Notes: a model not told the origin generated them from the letters alone. 64,000 nucleotides of DNA from Saprolegnia diclina VS20 (GCF_000281045.1 NW_008246068.1:808371-872370), one strand, 5' to 3'; positions 1 to 12,291 are shown, counted from the stretch's first letter. Numbers and translations: made by a program.

Positions 1-335
1 CAGACGCGCCAACCGCCTTGTAGTCAGCCGGAGCGTCGTCGGGCTTCACAACCGGGGCGCTGTAGGACTCGTCCTTGGCCGGCGCACCAGCATTCGGCTT
101 CGGCTCGGCCGGGGCACCATAGGACTCGACCTTGGCCGGAGCATAAGCATCTGGCTTTTGCTCGGCCGGCTTGGGCTCGGCTGGCTTGTACTTGGGCTCA
201 GCTGGCTTGGGCTTGTGCTCAGCCGGCTTGTACTTGGGTTCAGCTGGCTTCGGCTTGTGCTCGGCCGGCTTGTACTTGGGCTCGGCTGGCTTTTGCTCGT
301 GCTCGGCTGGCTTGTGCTCGTGCTCGGCTGGCTCA

Positions 336-386
<51 letters not shown>

Positions 387-625
387 GGCTTCGGCTTGTC
401 GGCGTATCCTTTTGGCTTGATGTCTTTTTGCTTGGGCTTCGTCGTCGCCGCGTAGCCGCCCGAGACCTTTGGCGCCTCGTCGTGCGCGACGTTTGAGTAG
501 GTTCCACTGGTGGCGGGCTTGGTGTCTTCCTGGGGCTTGTTGTAGACACCAGCGGCGACCGCGGGGGCTGTCTCCAGCTGCTCAGCAGCAGCCAAGGCAG
601 CCAAGAAGAGTAGAGCGACCTTCAT
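1..625 (-). CDS. Secreted low-complexity Pro/Lys/Glu/His-rich repeat protein (3' end runs off the window)
   Basis: Manual translation from the ATG at 625: MKVALLFLAALAAAEQLETAPAV... (signal peptide-like), then an (EH)n run and KPAEH/KPAEPKY repeats. The frame is open to base 1, so the ORF track misses it (no stop). Confidence 0.85.
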
Positions 626-704
626 CGAGTGGAAGGGCCAATTGAGAACTGAGATCCTTCCCGCGCTCCAAAACTGAAAAGTCGCGGCGGTTTCACAAAC
701 TTTC

Positions 705-750
705 GCAGCCAATCACACGGCAGATGGAAAAACTTTGTAGCCAATCACCG
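705..750. promoter_or_regulatory. Two CCAAT boxes (AGCCAATCAC) in the divergent intergenic region
   Basis: gcAGCCAATCACac and gtAGCCAATCACcg, about 31 bp apart, 80-125 bp upstream of the ATG at 625. Confidence 0.55.
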
Positions 751-1135
751 CCGAGTTGGTTTCGCCGAAGATTAGCTCAACGGTCGCAGGTTTCCGTCTC
801 GCCCAACGAATTGCTCCGTGAGGTGTCGTATTGCTTGAGCCAAGAGTCGTTTATTAAGATGCTTGCTTCAACGAGGAAGAGCACCAACAAGTACTAGGAC
901 GCGGTTAAGTGCAGTGGCCACCTCACCAGTCGAAGCGTCGTGTTTCAAACATGTTTTATACATGTTTTAAACACCGGTTTCCTGCGGTTGTGACCGATTT
1001 GGAGGGTCCGGGTACCTTATTTTAACGAGCCCTTGATATTCTACTTGTTTTATGTATAGTGAGGTCGTGCAATAAAATAGAGGGACCCCCGCTACGCGTG
1101 AACGCCATGGAAGGTGCAGTCCTGTAGCAACGAAA

Positions 1136-3003
1136 ATGGTGTGGAGGTCGTCGTACCTGCTAGAGCGGGCCAAGGCGCCGGCACCCACCGACGTCGGCGC
1201 GGGTCCGTCCAAGGCGACGCCGAGCAACGTGCGCAAGCTGCTGCGGCTGCTCTGGCAGGAGTGGCCGACGCTCTGTGCGGGTATCGCGGGCTTGTCGGTC
1301 TCGTCGCTGACCAATCTGCTCTTCCCCAAGGTGCTGGGCACGGCGCTGGACGTGGCGTGCGGTCGTCCAGCCCCGCGCAACATGTCGACCAAGGCCTTTC
1401 TCCTCAGCGTGCTCTCGATCTTCCTCACGGGCGCGTCGGCGTCGTTCGTGCGTGTCTACTGCCTCGGGTCGGTCGCCGAGACCACGACCAAGCGGCTCCG
1501 CGATCGCTTGTACAAAGCGCTCCTGCGCCAAGACCTCCTCTTCTTCTCGAGCGCCGAGCGCACCGAGCTCGTGCACCGCCTGACAAAGGAGTGCCAGGTC
1601 GCGGCCGACTCGGCGGTCTCGCTCCTCGCCGAAGGCTACCGGTCGCTCAACTCGTCCATTGGCGCATCGGTCATGCTCTTCCGCCTCTCGCCCAAGCTCA
1701 CGCTTGTCGCTCTCGCGACGTTGCCGTGCCTCGGTATCTCGGCCATGAGCTTCAAGCTCTTTATGAACCGCCTCAGCAAGCAGTACGAGGCGGCCCTCGC
1801 GTCGCTGCGCGCGTCGACAGACGAGAAGCTCGCCGGCATTGCAGCCGTCAAGCTCTCCACGCAAGAAGACGCCGAGCGCACCCGCTTCGAGGCCGAGACA
1901 GCGCTCGTTGCGGCCACCGCGCGCAAGTACCACGCCGCTGAAGGCTTCTTCATGGGTGGCCTCTCACTCTCGGTGAACGCGTCGCTCTCGAGCGTGCTCT
2001 GGGTCGGCGGCTCGATCGTCGCCGCCGGCGACCTCACGACCGGCGGGCTCACGTCCTTCCTTCTCTACTCTGGCTTTATGTGCCTCGGGTTTTCCCAGCT
2101 CTCGACGCTAATGACCAAGGTGCGGACAACCAACGAGTCGACAGCCGCGCTCTTCGACCTCATTGATACTGACGGTGTCGCTGTCACTGCCGCTCGCAAG
2201 ATGCCGCTTCTCGGCGGCCCGATCGTCTTTGACCACGTCTCGTTCCAGTACCCGTCGCGGCCCGAGGCGCCGGTGTTGACGAGCTGCAGCTGGACGATTC
2301 CGCACGGGTCGATGGTCGCGCTTGTCGGTGCGAGCGGCGTCGGCAAGTCGACGATCGCCGGGCTCCTCACCAAGCTCCTCACGCCAACGTCCGGTGTCCT
2401 CTCGATCAACGGCGTCGCGCTCGCCGAGATCGACACGACGTACTTGCGCCAGCGCATCGGCATGGTCCGCCAGGTCGTCGACAATGTTTCCATCCTGTGC
2501 TCCTCATGCTGATGGGATACTTGTTGTAGGAACCGGCTCTGTTTTCGATGACGATCCGTCAAAACATCCAGTTTGGCTCTGCTGCGGCAACGTTTGCCGA
2601 TGTTGTGAGCGCAGCGCAAGCCGCCCACGCCCACGACTTTATCGTCGCGCTGCCGGACGGCTACGACACGATGGTGACGCCGACGTCGCTCTCGGGCGGC
2701 CAGAAGCAGCGCCTCGCCCTCGCCCGCGCCTTGGTCAAGCGGCCGCAGCTGCTCGTGCTCGACGAAGCCACGGCGGCGCTCGACGGCCACAGCGAACACG
2801 CCGTCCAGTCGACGCTCCGCAAGCTCGACAACATCACGGTCATTGTGATTGCGCACCGCCTCTCGACGATCCAGACGTGCGACTCGATCGCGGTGCTTGA
2901 AGGGGGCGCCATTGTCGAGACGGGCACGTTCACCGAGCTCCAGCGCGACGGCACGGCCTTCAGCGCCCTCGTGGCGTCGCAAGCGATCCAAGACTCGGCG
3001 TAA
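1136..3003 (+). CDS. ABC transporter, subfamily B half-transporter (ABCB10/MDL1-like)
   Basis: TM domain followed by an NBD with Walker A GASGVGKS, signature LSGGQ, Walker B LLVLDE and H-loop IAHRL. One GT-AG intron at 2474-2529 joins MVRQ|EPALFSMTIRQNI. Confidence 0.92.
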
Positions 3004-3238
3004 TTTGGCCAAGTCGAAGCCGTATTTTGGCTTGAATTCTAGTGTTGGCCTATGCTGGAACGATAACCCTAGTCCCCATTTGGCGACTTGAGAGTACAAG
3101 ACAATATTGTATACAGCAACAGACTCAACCCTAAACCTTGGCTGCAACGCATCGGCTCTGGGAACGGCGGTGTCGTTCATGATGCCGGTGTCATCCGGAT
3201 ACATTAAAATCCGGATACGCACAATAACTGGAAGGACG

Positions 3239-5197
3239 ATGCTGCGCCAAGCCACCACCGCACGCTGGCTGCCTGCCACCGGAAGCCGCCTGCACCGCGC
3301 GTTGCACCGCATGGCGCCGCTACACATTGCGTCCGAGGCTCCAAGTAGCGCGCCGACGGCCAAGCCGCCAGCGTCGCCCGAGAACATCCGGGCCACGATC
3401 AGCAAGCACGTGGCGACGATCAAGAAACAGGCGGGGCTCACGCCGGCGTTCTGGGGCAACGTGTCGACGACGTTGGCCAAGTGCCGGACGCCCGAGCAGT
3501 TGGCCGCGACGGCGCCGCTCCGGTCGCTGCCGATGGCGTGGCACTCGTCGACACCGGCCGTGCAACACGAGATCGTGCGCATCTTGCTGGCGACGCAGAA
3601 CGTAGAGACGGCGATGGCGCTCGTCGAGAGTGCGCCCGAGTACCCGCTGCACAACCGCAACGTCGCGCGCTTGCTCGGCGCGTGCGTGCGGCACCGCAAC
3701 CTCGCGTCCGCAGGGTTTGCGCTCTACGAGCGGTTGCTCGCCCAAGGCACCGTGCCCAGCCTTCCCGTCTACCACGCCGTGCTCCTTCTGGCGTTGAAAG
3801 CCAACGACCCGACCCGATTCCACGACGTGCTCACGCACATGGAGACCGTTGGCGTGCCTCTGGATGCCATGTGCCATGGCCTTGCCGTGCGCATGGACTG
3901 CCGCCAACGCCGCTTCGAGTCGGCCCTGGACCGGTACCGGCTCATGCAGCGCGACCAAATGCACCTCAACGTCATCGTGCTCAACGAGCTCCTCGACGGG
4001 CTCTGCGAAGCAGGTACGTACACTGACGCACTCGAGGTCTTCGAGTCGGCGGTCGCCAAAGTTGCCAAGCGAGGGTGGAACCAAAAGCCGGATGCGAAAG
4101 TGAATTTGAGTCCGGAAGCCAAGGCGAAAGCCGAGCACGACGACAAGCGGCCGGTGAACGAGGTGACGTACAACATCATGATGAAGCTCTGCGGCCGCCA
4201 GCAGCGCCTCGACGAAGTCTTCAAGTGGTACGAAGACATGAAGGCGAAGGGCATTGCGCCATCGACGACGACCATCAACACGCTCATGCACGCCGTGTAC
4301 CACGGCAAGTACCGCAGCGTCGACTCGGAGAAAGTGTACGCCGCGCTCGCGACCGTCGGTGTCGTTGGCGCCGGCACGCTCTTCGTCTCGGACCTCTCGG
4401 AGGCGACGGCGTCGGTCGCGATCACGGCCAGCGTCCTCATGTCGCTCGGTCTCGGGATCTACATGAACCCGTTTGGCGTTCAAAAGTCCATTTACCCGAA
4501 CGAGACGACGGCCAAGGAGCCCGTGCCGGCTGCGATGCTGCGGCGCCTCGACGAAGAAGAGCACATTGGACGACTTGTCTACCTCTGGCACGAACTTCTC
4601 GGGTACGGCCTCCGTCCCGACGACGCCACGTATGACATTTTTGTCCGCACGAGCGTCCGGAAGCGCCACCCGGACATTGCGGTGGCGACGCTTCTCGACG
4701 CCAACAACCCGAATTCGTTTACGGCCCGGCGGGCGGTCGAGAAGGATGCCTTTGTGCTGCCACTGCCGCTCGAAACAACGATCCGGCTGCTGCAGTCGCT
4801 CGTGAGCCAGAATCTGCTGCCGCAAGTCGACGACGTGATTGCGCTTGCGTACACGTCGCGCGGGTTGACGAGCATCACGTCGACGTCGCCGGGCCGGCTC
4901 ACGCGGTTTCGACTGGTGCCGTTCGGGGCGCCCAAGGTGACGGCGCTCGTGCTGAGCCGCTTGCTGCGACTCTGGCTCGACGAACACTACCCAAAGGACA
5001 AGCTCCACGCGCGCATTCATGATACCGTGGCATTCGATGTCATCCAGTGCCACACGGTGCTCGACTACCTCGACACGATCGACCCGGAGATCCGCGCATC
5101 CTTTGCGTTTGAAGAAGTCCAAGTCGCCGGCAACGGCAACGGCGTCCTCCACTTCAACCGCGCGCGTCTGCAAAAATACATTGTCAATTTGGCCTAA
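3239..5197 (+). CDS. Pentatricopeptide-repeat (PPR) protein, probably mitochondrial
   Basis: Single exon. Arg-rich, acid-free N-terminus (MLRQATTARWLPATGSRLHR). PPR-type motifs such as VTYNIMMKLCGRQQRLDEVFKWYEDMKAKGIAPS and IVLNELLDGLCEAGTYTDALEVF. Confidence 0.8.
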   Translation: MLRQATTARWLPATGSRLHRALHRMAPLHIASEAPSSAPTAKPPASPENIRATISKHVATIKKQAGLTPAFWGNVSTTLAKCRTPEQLAATAPLRSLPMAWHSSTPAVQHEIVRILLATQNVETAMALVESAPEYPLHNRNVARLLGACVRHRNLASAGFALYERLLAQGTVPSLPVYHAVLLLALKANDPTRFHDVLTHMETVGVPLDAMCHGLAVRMDCRQRRFESALDRYRLMQRDQMHLNVIVLNELLDGLCEAGTYTDALEVFESAVAKVAKRGWNQKPDAKVNLSPEAKAKAEHDDKRPVNEVTYNIMMKLCGRQQRLDEVFKWYEDMKAKGIAPSTTTINTLMHAVYHGKYRSVDSEKVYAALATVGVVGAGTLFVSDLSEATASVAITASVLMSLGLGIYMNPFGVQKSIYPNETTAKEPVPAAMLRRLDEEEHIGRLVYLWHELLGYGLRPDDATYDIFVRTSVRKRHPDIAVATLLDANNPNSFTARRAVEKDAFVLPLPLETTIRLLQSLVSQNLLPQVDDVIALAYTSRGLTSITSTSPGRLTRFRLVPFGAPKVTALVLSRLLRLWLDEHYPKDKLHARIHDTVAFDVIQCHTVLDYLDTIDPEIRASFAFEEVQVAGNGNGVLHFNRARLQKYIVNLA

Positions 5198-5379
5198 GAC
5201 ACAGGTCTACATACAAGTATATCATGTATAGATCAGACGAGTTGTCCACACGTTTGCATAAGCTTGTGTATAGGACAGCGTCGATGCTCGCATGTCGTGC
5301 CATGGTGGCTGCTTAAGGTTTGGCACAGGTGAGCCAATACTGCGGGGGGGCGGGGGGGTGAAACCGTCATTCAGGGAGC

Positions 5380-8111
5380 ATGCAAGGGGGGGCGCAAACC
5401 GTCCAAGTGAGTTGTCGCTTCCGCGGTGGCAACGACGATGCAAGTGCCGTCGGCCTCGAGTTTCCCGGCCCGACCACAGTTGTGCTCCCGAGTATGAAGG
5501 GCACGCAGTTCTCCTTTGACCGCGTCTTTCCTCCCGAGACGACTCAAGACACCATTTTTGAACACATTGGCGCCCCCGTGATCGACGAGCTCTTGAGCGG
5601 CTACAATTGCACGATCCTCGCCTATGGCCAGACAGGTCTTACTGGAGAATATGATGACGGTGCCGCGTCACTACACACTGCGCTAGGAAGCGGCAAGACG
5701 CACACGATCCTCGGGTCCAAGACTGAAAAAGGCATCCTTCCGCGCCTCGTCCAGCGAACGTTTGAGGCAATCGCCGCGCGGCCAAATGGTTGGTTCTAAT
5801 GCACGCGGGGTTCGTGAGACGTAGTTGTCTAGACGCCACGACAGAGGTGTCGACCGGTCTCTTTGAAGTGTACCAAGAAAAAATTCAGGACCTTCTCAAC
5901 CCGTCCAACGCCCACCTGCGCATCCGCGAAGACAAGTTGTCCATTTAAAAAAATACGATTAATGGGTGTGCTGTAGAGAGCGAGGCATTTGGGTGCAAGG
6001 CGCGGCCGACATCGTGGTCTCCGACCCGCCGTCGGCGCTTCGACTCGTTCAAAAAGGGCTTGCGGGCCGCTCGATGGGGGCACACTTGATGAACGCCGAG
6101 TCGAGTCGCAGCCACTGCATCTTTATGCTCACCGTCACCCAACGCTTTTCATCCGGTCTCAAGCAAACAGGTACCAGAGCTCTCCTCTCAACATCGTGGA
6201 ATGGACGCTGTAGGCAAGCTCTATCTCGTGGACCTTGCGGGCTCCGAGATGGTGCGCAAGACCGCTGCATCAGGCAAGCGCCTCGACGAAGCCAAGCACA
6301 TCAACAAGGTTATACAATTGCAAGTGGTATCTGGTGTGAACAGAGACTTGCGTAGTCGCTCACTGCGCTTGGGCTCGTCATCAACGCCCTTACGGACGGA
6401 CGGTCCAAGCACATTCCATACCGGGATAGCAAACTCACGCGGCTACTTCAGGTATATCCAACTTGTCATAACGCTAGGAATAGTGTACAGACACCTGCGT
6501 AGAACTCGCTCGGGGGCAATGCAAAGACACACTTAATCCTAACCTGTTCGAGTAGTGCGACAAATTTGGTGTGTCTCTTATATAGAGGAAGGACTATATA
6601 TGTAAACTAGGAAGAGACGCTCTCGACGATTCGATTTGGCGCGCGGGCGCAGCACGTGACCAACTCGCCACAAGTCAATACCGAGCGAACCATCTCCGAG
6701 TATAAGCAATTGCTACAAACCCTCGAACTCAAAGTGTGCGTCTCCAGCTTTCAGTCTATGGAAGAAGAGACAACTTGTCCACTAGTGCCGCGCTGTCGGT
6801 CTACGTTGCCTCACTCGAGAGCAAGACGACTGTGTGTCCGCGCTGCAGCTGCTCCAACTCCGCGACAAACCCGCCGCCAATGGCGCGCGCCACCAGCGAC
6901 ACCAACCTCCGATCGACGTGCCATGTCTGTGGCAGCAGCGACCCCGAGCTCGTGCTCTGCGACGGCAACTGCGGGCGCTTCTGGCACCCGTCTTGCCTTC
7001 CGTCGGCCAGCAACAACCCACTCGAATGCATCTGCCCCGACTGCGCCGACGACGCATACAGTCTGCAGGACGAGCTCTCGGCGCTCAAACGGGCGCTGCA
7101 GACCATCAAAGCCGATCGCGATGAGCTCGAAGAGCGCGCCAGTGTCCAAAAGCAAGTGCTTGACGTCGCCGACCACCACAATAGCTCGCTTCACCGGTAC
7201 ACACTCTGTACAAACTGTACCATTTGTCACCAACAGCACTGTATTCGCAGCGCGCTGGAGGAACGCGTCGTCGGCCAAGAGCTCCGCATTCAAGTGCTTT
7301 CCAACCAGCTCGAAGCCGCGAGTTTGCAGTACGCATCTGCCCAGAGAGACATGGATGCGCTGCGTACTTCGGTGACCAAGTCGTCCGAGGTCCACCAGAG
7401 AAATGCCGACGCGGCGCAAGCGGAAATCGACATTGTACGGCGGTCACTGGTCTTGGCGGAGAAGGAAAATGCTGCGCTCAAGGACCAAGCCCACGACCTT
7501 GCCCTCCGCGCGGCCCGTAGATACCAACACCTTCTCTGTAACAGCAGGACGCCTTCTCATGGAAGGTTTCGTCGTAGAGTCGGAGAAGCGGGCGCGCGAG
7601 TGCCAAGACCAGCTCGACGCCTGTCGACTGCTCTTGGTCCAACGGGACGACGAGGCGGCGCGCCGGCACTCGGTGTCGACGTCGCCCATCAAGGTCGCGC
7701 TCTCGCCCGGCAAAATCCGGCCAGCGACCGCGATCGATATTCTCAACGACGCTCGCCTGTCGCTCCAATCCCGCGGCAACATTCAGCAGTGGTGGTCCGG
7801 CAGCGACGGTCCCCCCGAACACGCCTGGGAGCCCAAAACCAACAACGTAGCAGAAGACAGCGGTACTCTCAATGAAAGCACCCTTGATGCACGACTCACC
7901 GAGCGGCTTAGGCTCGGGCGATGGTCCAGCACGGCCGTTCAAAGCGCGGCTCGTCGGGCTGCTCACGTCGCTCCAAGAAGAGACCGATGCGTTCAAGGAT
8001 CTGGGCGACAAAATTGCCGAGCAGGCCAAGCCCAAGCTTCGAAAAGGGCGACATCGAAGCCGACTACCAGCGATGGACGACCCGCCCCTCGGCGAGGCCG
8101 TGCTGTATTAG
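5380..8111 (+). CDS. Kinesin motor protein with a PHD-type zinc finger and coiled coil in the tail (multi-exon)
   Basis: Motor motifs [55 protein letters not shown] and TLSTIRFG, spread over short introns. Tail contains CHVC..CDGNC..HPSC..CPDC. Stop at 8109-8111. Confidence 0.88.
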
Positions 8112-8201
8112 CTCCACCGACCGGAATTGGACTTTTTTCTAATTGGAGACCAGCCACGATTCAACGTTGAACAAGGGTACATGACTGTACATATATCCTA
8201 G

Positions 8202-11200
8202 CTAAAACGCGGCGCGCAAGATACTATGTCGCCGTGGCGTAGCAGGGGCCACGGTCGGCGCAAAGACAACGTGGCGACTGCCGTCATTGTCCTTTGTCGT
8301 AATCATTTTGCGCGGCTTGCCGCAGAGCACGCGCTTCTTCATATCTTCGCGCGCGGCGTTGACGCGGTTCTTGAAGGAGGCACCAGTCGTGTAGCGCAAG
8401 TAGAGGTCCCCCGTGTGCGGAATCCGTCCTTGGACCCAGCTCAGCGGCAGCTCCCAGCCAAATTGGTCGTTGAAGCGCTCGTCGACCCAGTTTTCGCCCG
8501 GCTCAATGTCGCCGAGCTGCGCCAGCATCGATGTGACTTGATATTCTTCCCAGACGCTCAAGTTCAAGTGGTATTCCTACAGTTGTGCGGGTTTGTATCA
8601 ATGTATCAACTACATATGTGCGTACCATTTCGGCAAACATGGGGTTCCACAAGTTGAGCCAGCCAATGCGGTGAATCGCCTCGCCGACATTCTCGCGTGT
8701 CCAGTCGGCCGCCAATGCAACGAGCAAGTCGTCGAGATCGAGCACGCGGTTGAGGAGCATGGCCACAATCTCGACTTGTCCGAACGCCACGTCATGAAAG
8801 CAATGGGCGAGGCGCACCAACTGGGCCGAATGAATGCCAAACGCAGCGTCGGAAAACGTTTGTCGAACCGCTAAAAGACCATCATTCCGTCTTGAAACAT
8901 TGAAACATTGCAAGTACCGAGCTTGCGGTGCTCAAAGCCCGTGTCGGTATGGGGCGCGTGGACCACGGGCGCCACGGAGGTCGGTCTGGCTACGATCACC
9001 GCCTTCTTGCCATGTCGCTTGAGAGGAGCCGGTGGCTTCTCGACGGCGACCGGAGTCGATGCGAGTGCCGTGACGCTGACACAGAGTTGATCCAGCATCT
9101 ACATTCTGTTCATTCCACTGGATGCGACCACCAAGGGACACTACGTCATCGGGAATTGCGTCGCTGCCACGTGGGATCCGCGTCGTGAGCACAAAATCAA
9201 ATGCAAACGTGCCACTCGACGGCAGGCCATGGGCGCGGGAAACACTGTACGGGGCGCCATCCAGCGTTTCATTGCGAAAACATTCCCAGTTGCCTAGTCC
9301 CATAAAAATATAACTCGTAAAGTAGTTGGTGGTGGCATCGACTGCGTACCGTTCTGGCTCGTGTTGAGGCTGGCGGTCTTCTTGTTCTCGAGGCGGTCGT
9401 CGGCCGAGAGACGCACGAGCGTCGACGCCAAGCGCTTGTCGACGGGCGCGGCCAAGTCGAGCGCGTAGCGTCCATTGGGAAGCCGCGAGTCGAAGAAGAG
9501 AAGTTTCCCAGCCCGTTCCTTCAGCACTGACTGGTGCCGAAGCCGTCGCGTGCGGTTGAAAAGGACTGCGGTGTCGGCGACCCGCTGCAATAGTCTAACA
9601 TGCTTATCATCCATGCGTCTACAATACAAAACTCGAGGCGTACAGGGGGGCGACGTGGGCGTGGGCCGCCTCGGCCGTCATGGACCCGAGGAGGTACTGC
9701 GCTTGGGACGCTGTGATGTAGTGGTCGTGTAAGAAATGCTGGATGTACTTGGCACGGTCCGAGTCAAACTCGAGCTCTGAGAAGGCTTGCCAAAACACGC
9801 TGACCGCATCTGCGTAAACCACTGTCGACTACAAATCGAACGCATTGGCAATAATGTACCGGGGGCAATCTCGGTCACATGCGGCACCTGCGGCTTGTAC
9901 GTAAACTCAAACCGCAGCCGGCCGTGCAGAGGGAGACGCCACGGCGTCCGTGTGCCGTCCAGCGCCAGCAGCTTCTGGACCGTCTCGGTGCCGTAGCTGC
10001 TACTGGTTGCTCGCTCAGCGCGGCCAAATACGAGCTTGGTGCTGCCCGATGTGGTGTAGGGCGGTAGTTGGTACTGCACATCGCGCCACGACGCCGCCGA
10101 CGGGTATAAATTCAAGAGCCAGAGGTACTCGAACCCGCGCCAGAACGAGTCGGCATCGTCCAGATCCACCTCGACGTGGCCTATATGGACAAGAATCGTC
10201 CACAGTATAGCAGCCAACCATCCAAGCTACATTGTACCCAGCTGCACGGGCGCGAAGCGCGCCGGCTCAGTATGCAGGCCGCAGTCGTCGTACTGCACAG
10301 TGCGGCCTTGGGTCATCGAGAGCGGGTCGCTGTACGCGCGAAAGATGGCGCGAAGGCCTTCCGTACCAATCGGGTTTTGCGCAATGCAGAGAATCTCGAG
10401 CGTCGTCGAGTCGGCCCACGCGCGGACAAGACTTAACGCACTCAGTGCGCCCAGCGAGTTGCCCGTGAGGTCCAGCGTGTGCAGCGTCTTGTTGTGACGC
10501 AGCGAGAGCGCGATCGCACTGGCCCCGCCGCCGCTGCCAAAGCCGTTCCACGCCGCTCGCAGGGTTTGCAGCGTCGTGTTGACCGCGAGGGCGTGGGCGA
10601 GCGCCGTGCCCGTCTTGGCGCGAAGGCAGTTCCACGACAGGTCAAGCAGCGTTAGGTGGCCGTTCGCACAGAGCATGGCCCGCAGTGCGTCGCCGCACGC
10701 ATCGTCGAGCTTGTTTTTGCTCACATCTACCGCCGTGAGGCTGCGACTGCGCCCGAGGACGGCGCCAAGCGTCGTTAGCCCTTCGATCGAGAGCCTACAC
10801 ATCGCATTCACCATATTGTGAGAAAAATGAGAGATAATGAGAGATGATAAAAGACATCAAGACGACAGATTACCCGCAATCGGAGAGGACGAGCGTTTGG
10901 AGAACGTGATGGGCGTCGAGGAAGTCACTCAGCGCCGCCACCGTCGCCTGCTTGACTTCGTTGTTGGACAAGTTGAGCGTCAAGAGGCGTGTAAAGTCCG
11001 AGCTCTTCACCACGTTGGCGACGGCGACATCCGTGAGACGGTTCTCACGGACGACTAGCGTCTGGAGCTTGGGAATCGACGCGAGGCTAGACCCGGCATT
11101 TTTAAATATGATTAACGTTAGATAATCATTTTGGAGTCGTACCAGCTCGAGAGGGCTTCGATTGGTCGGTTACCAGCGCCGTAGTACGACAAGTCGATCG

Positions 11201-12130
11201 CGCACGCCTCGCGCTTTGGGATGATGAACGGCTCCGGCACCAAGTGCTTCTGCAGGCACGTGCGAATGTAGTCGTCCGCGCACTTGATATTGTCGTCCGT
11301 GATGTGTTCCTAGTTGTCATCGTGACATAGTGTACATTGTACGAGCCGCCTACCGAATCAGCGTCGACTTTGGTCGTACTTGCGGTGCGCGGCGCGGCGG
11401 GAGCTGTAGAGGACATGTTGACCTTGCGCAGGCGCGCCATAAAGTGCTGCTTGCCGCCCTACAACACGTTATGCGAGAGGCGATGCAAGCAATATTGTAC
11501 CCAGCCGTAGTTGTGCTGCACATCCTTGATGCTCCAGCCGGTGGTGGATGAGTTGTCTACGAGCCGAGGATCCTCATGCTGGATACAGTGTAGCGCAAGA
11601 TAACTACGGTCCGACGCCTTGGGGGGCACGAACGAGGCGACGGTGGCCAACTTCTTCTCGTCGTCGGCCCGAGGCGTACTCGGTCGGCCTTCCAAATCCA
11701 ATGGCGGATCCACAAACAAATGTTGAAAGGCCTAGAGACTTTCAGAAGAATACACCGAAGTGCGCTCTACCATGATAGCCAACTCGGTCTCGGTGCGCGG
11801 CAGCGTGCGTGTGATCATGTTCTTCTTGGACGATGCCTGATGGACCAATGGGGGGCGCGATGGCTGCCGCGGTGTCGTGGGCTGCCGAGGCGTCCTACGC
11901 ACTCTTAGTTCAAGATTTACTTTCTATGTGTACCCGCGCGGTGTTGCGGGGGCTGTCGTCGCGCGCACGGCGGGAACTCTGCTCTTCAGGTGCACGTCAA
12001 CTTCGGCAAGAACGCTCGTTACTGTGAGCGTCGGTAAGGCCGGGTCGAACGGCTGCGAGCGTCGCTTCACGCGGGTGGCGTGAAGAACCACCGAGGGACT
12101 CGTCGCCTTGCGGTGCGACGGCCGCGCCAT
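8202..12130 (-). CDS. Leucine-rich repeat (RNI-like) protein with a repeated uncharacterised C-terminal module (multi-exon)
   Basis: LRR consensus segments LTAVDVSKNKL, LTLLDLSWNCL, LQTLRAAWNGF, LHTLDLTGNSL. Minus-strand ORF pieces are separated by short GT-AG introns. The start at 12130 is less certain than the stop. Confidence 0.72.
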
Positions 12131-12202
12131 GGTTGGATTCGCAAGCTGTTCGTGTCACTGTCTATTTTAGGGCTATAGACAGGCATCACGGGCACCAGCT
12201 TG

Positions 12203-12290
<88 letters not shown>
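12203..12290. repeat. (GATA)22 tetranucleotide microsatellite
   Basis: Perfect GATA run of 88 nt. Confidence 0.97.

Positions 12291-12291
<1 letters not shown>

Noticed and set aside
46..549. ORF-track proteins of 167 aa (minus), 112 aa and 94 aa (plus; the last is Cys-Ser rich and metallothionein-looking)
   Set aside because: These are alternate-frame or antisense readings of the repeat gene starting at 625, which has the signal peptide and natural codon usage.
3062..3140. Telomere-like AACCCTA / CCCTAAA words
   Set aside because: Isolated single copies, not an array; compatible with chance or at most a telo-box.
2065..5173. Long antisense ORFs (544 aa and 617 aa) and many similar ones across the window
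   Set aside because: Shadow ORFs caused by high GC3 codon bias opposite real genes; no recognisable motifs.
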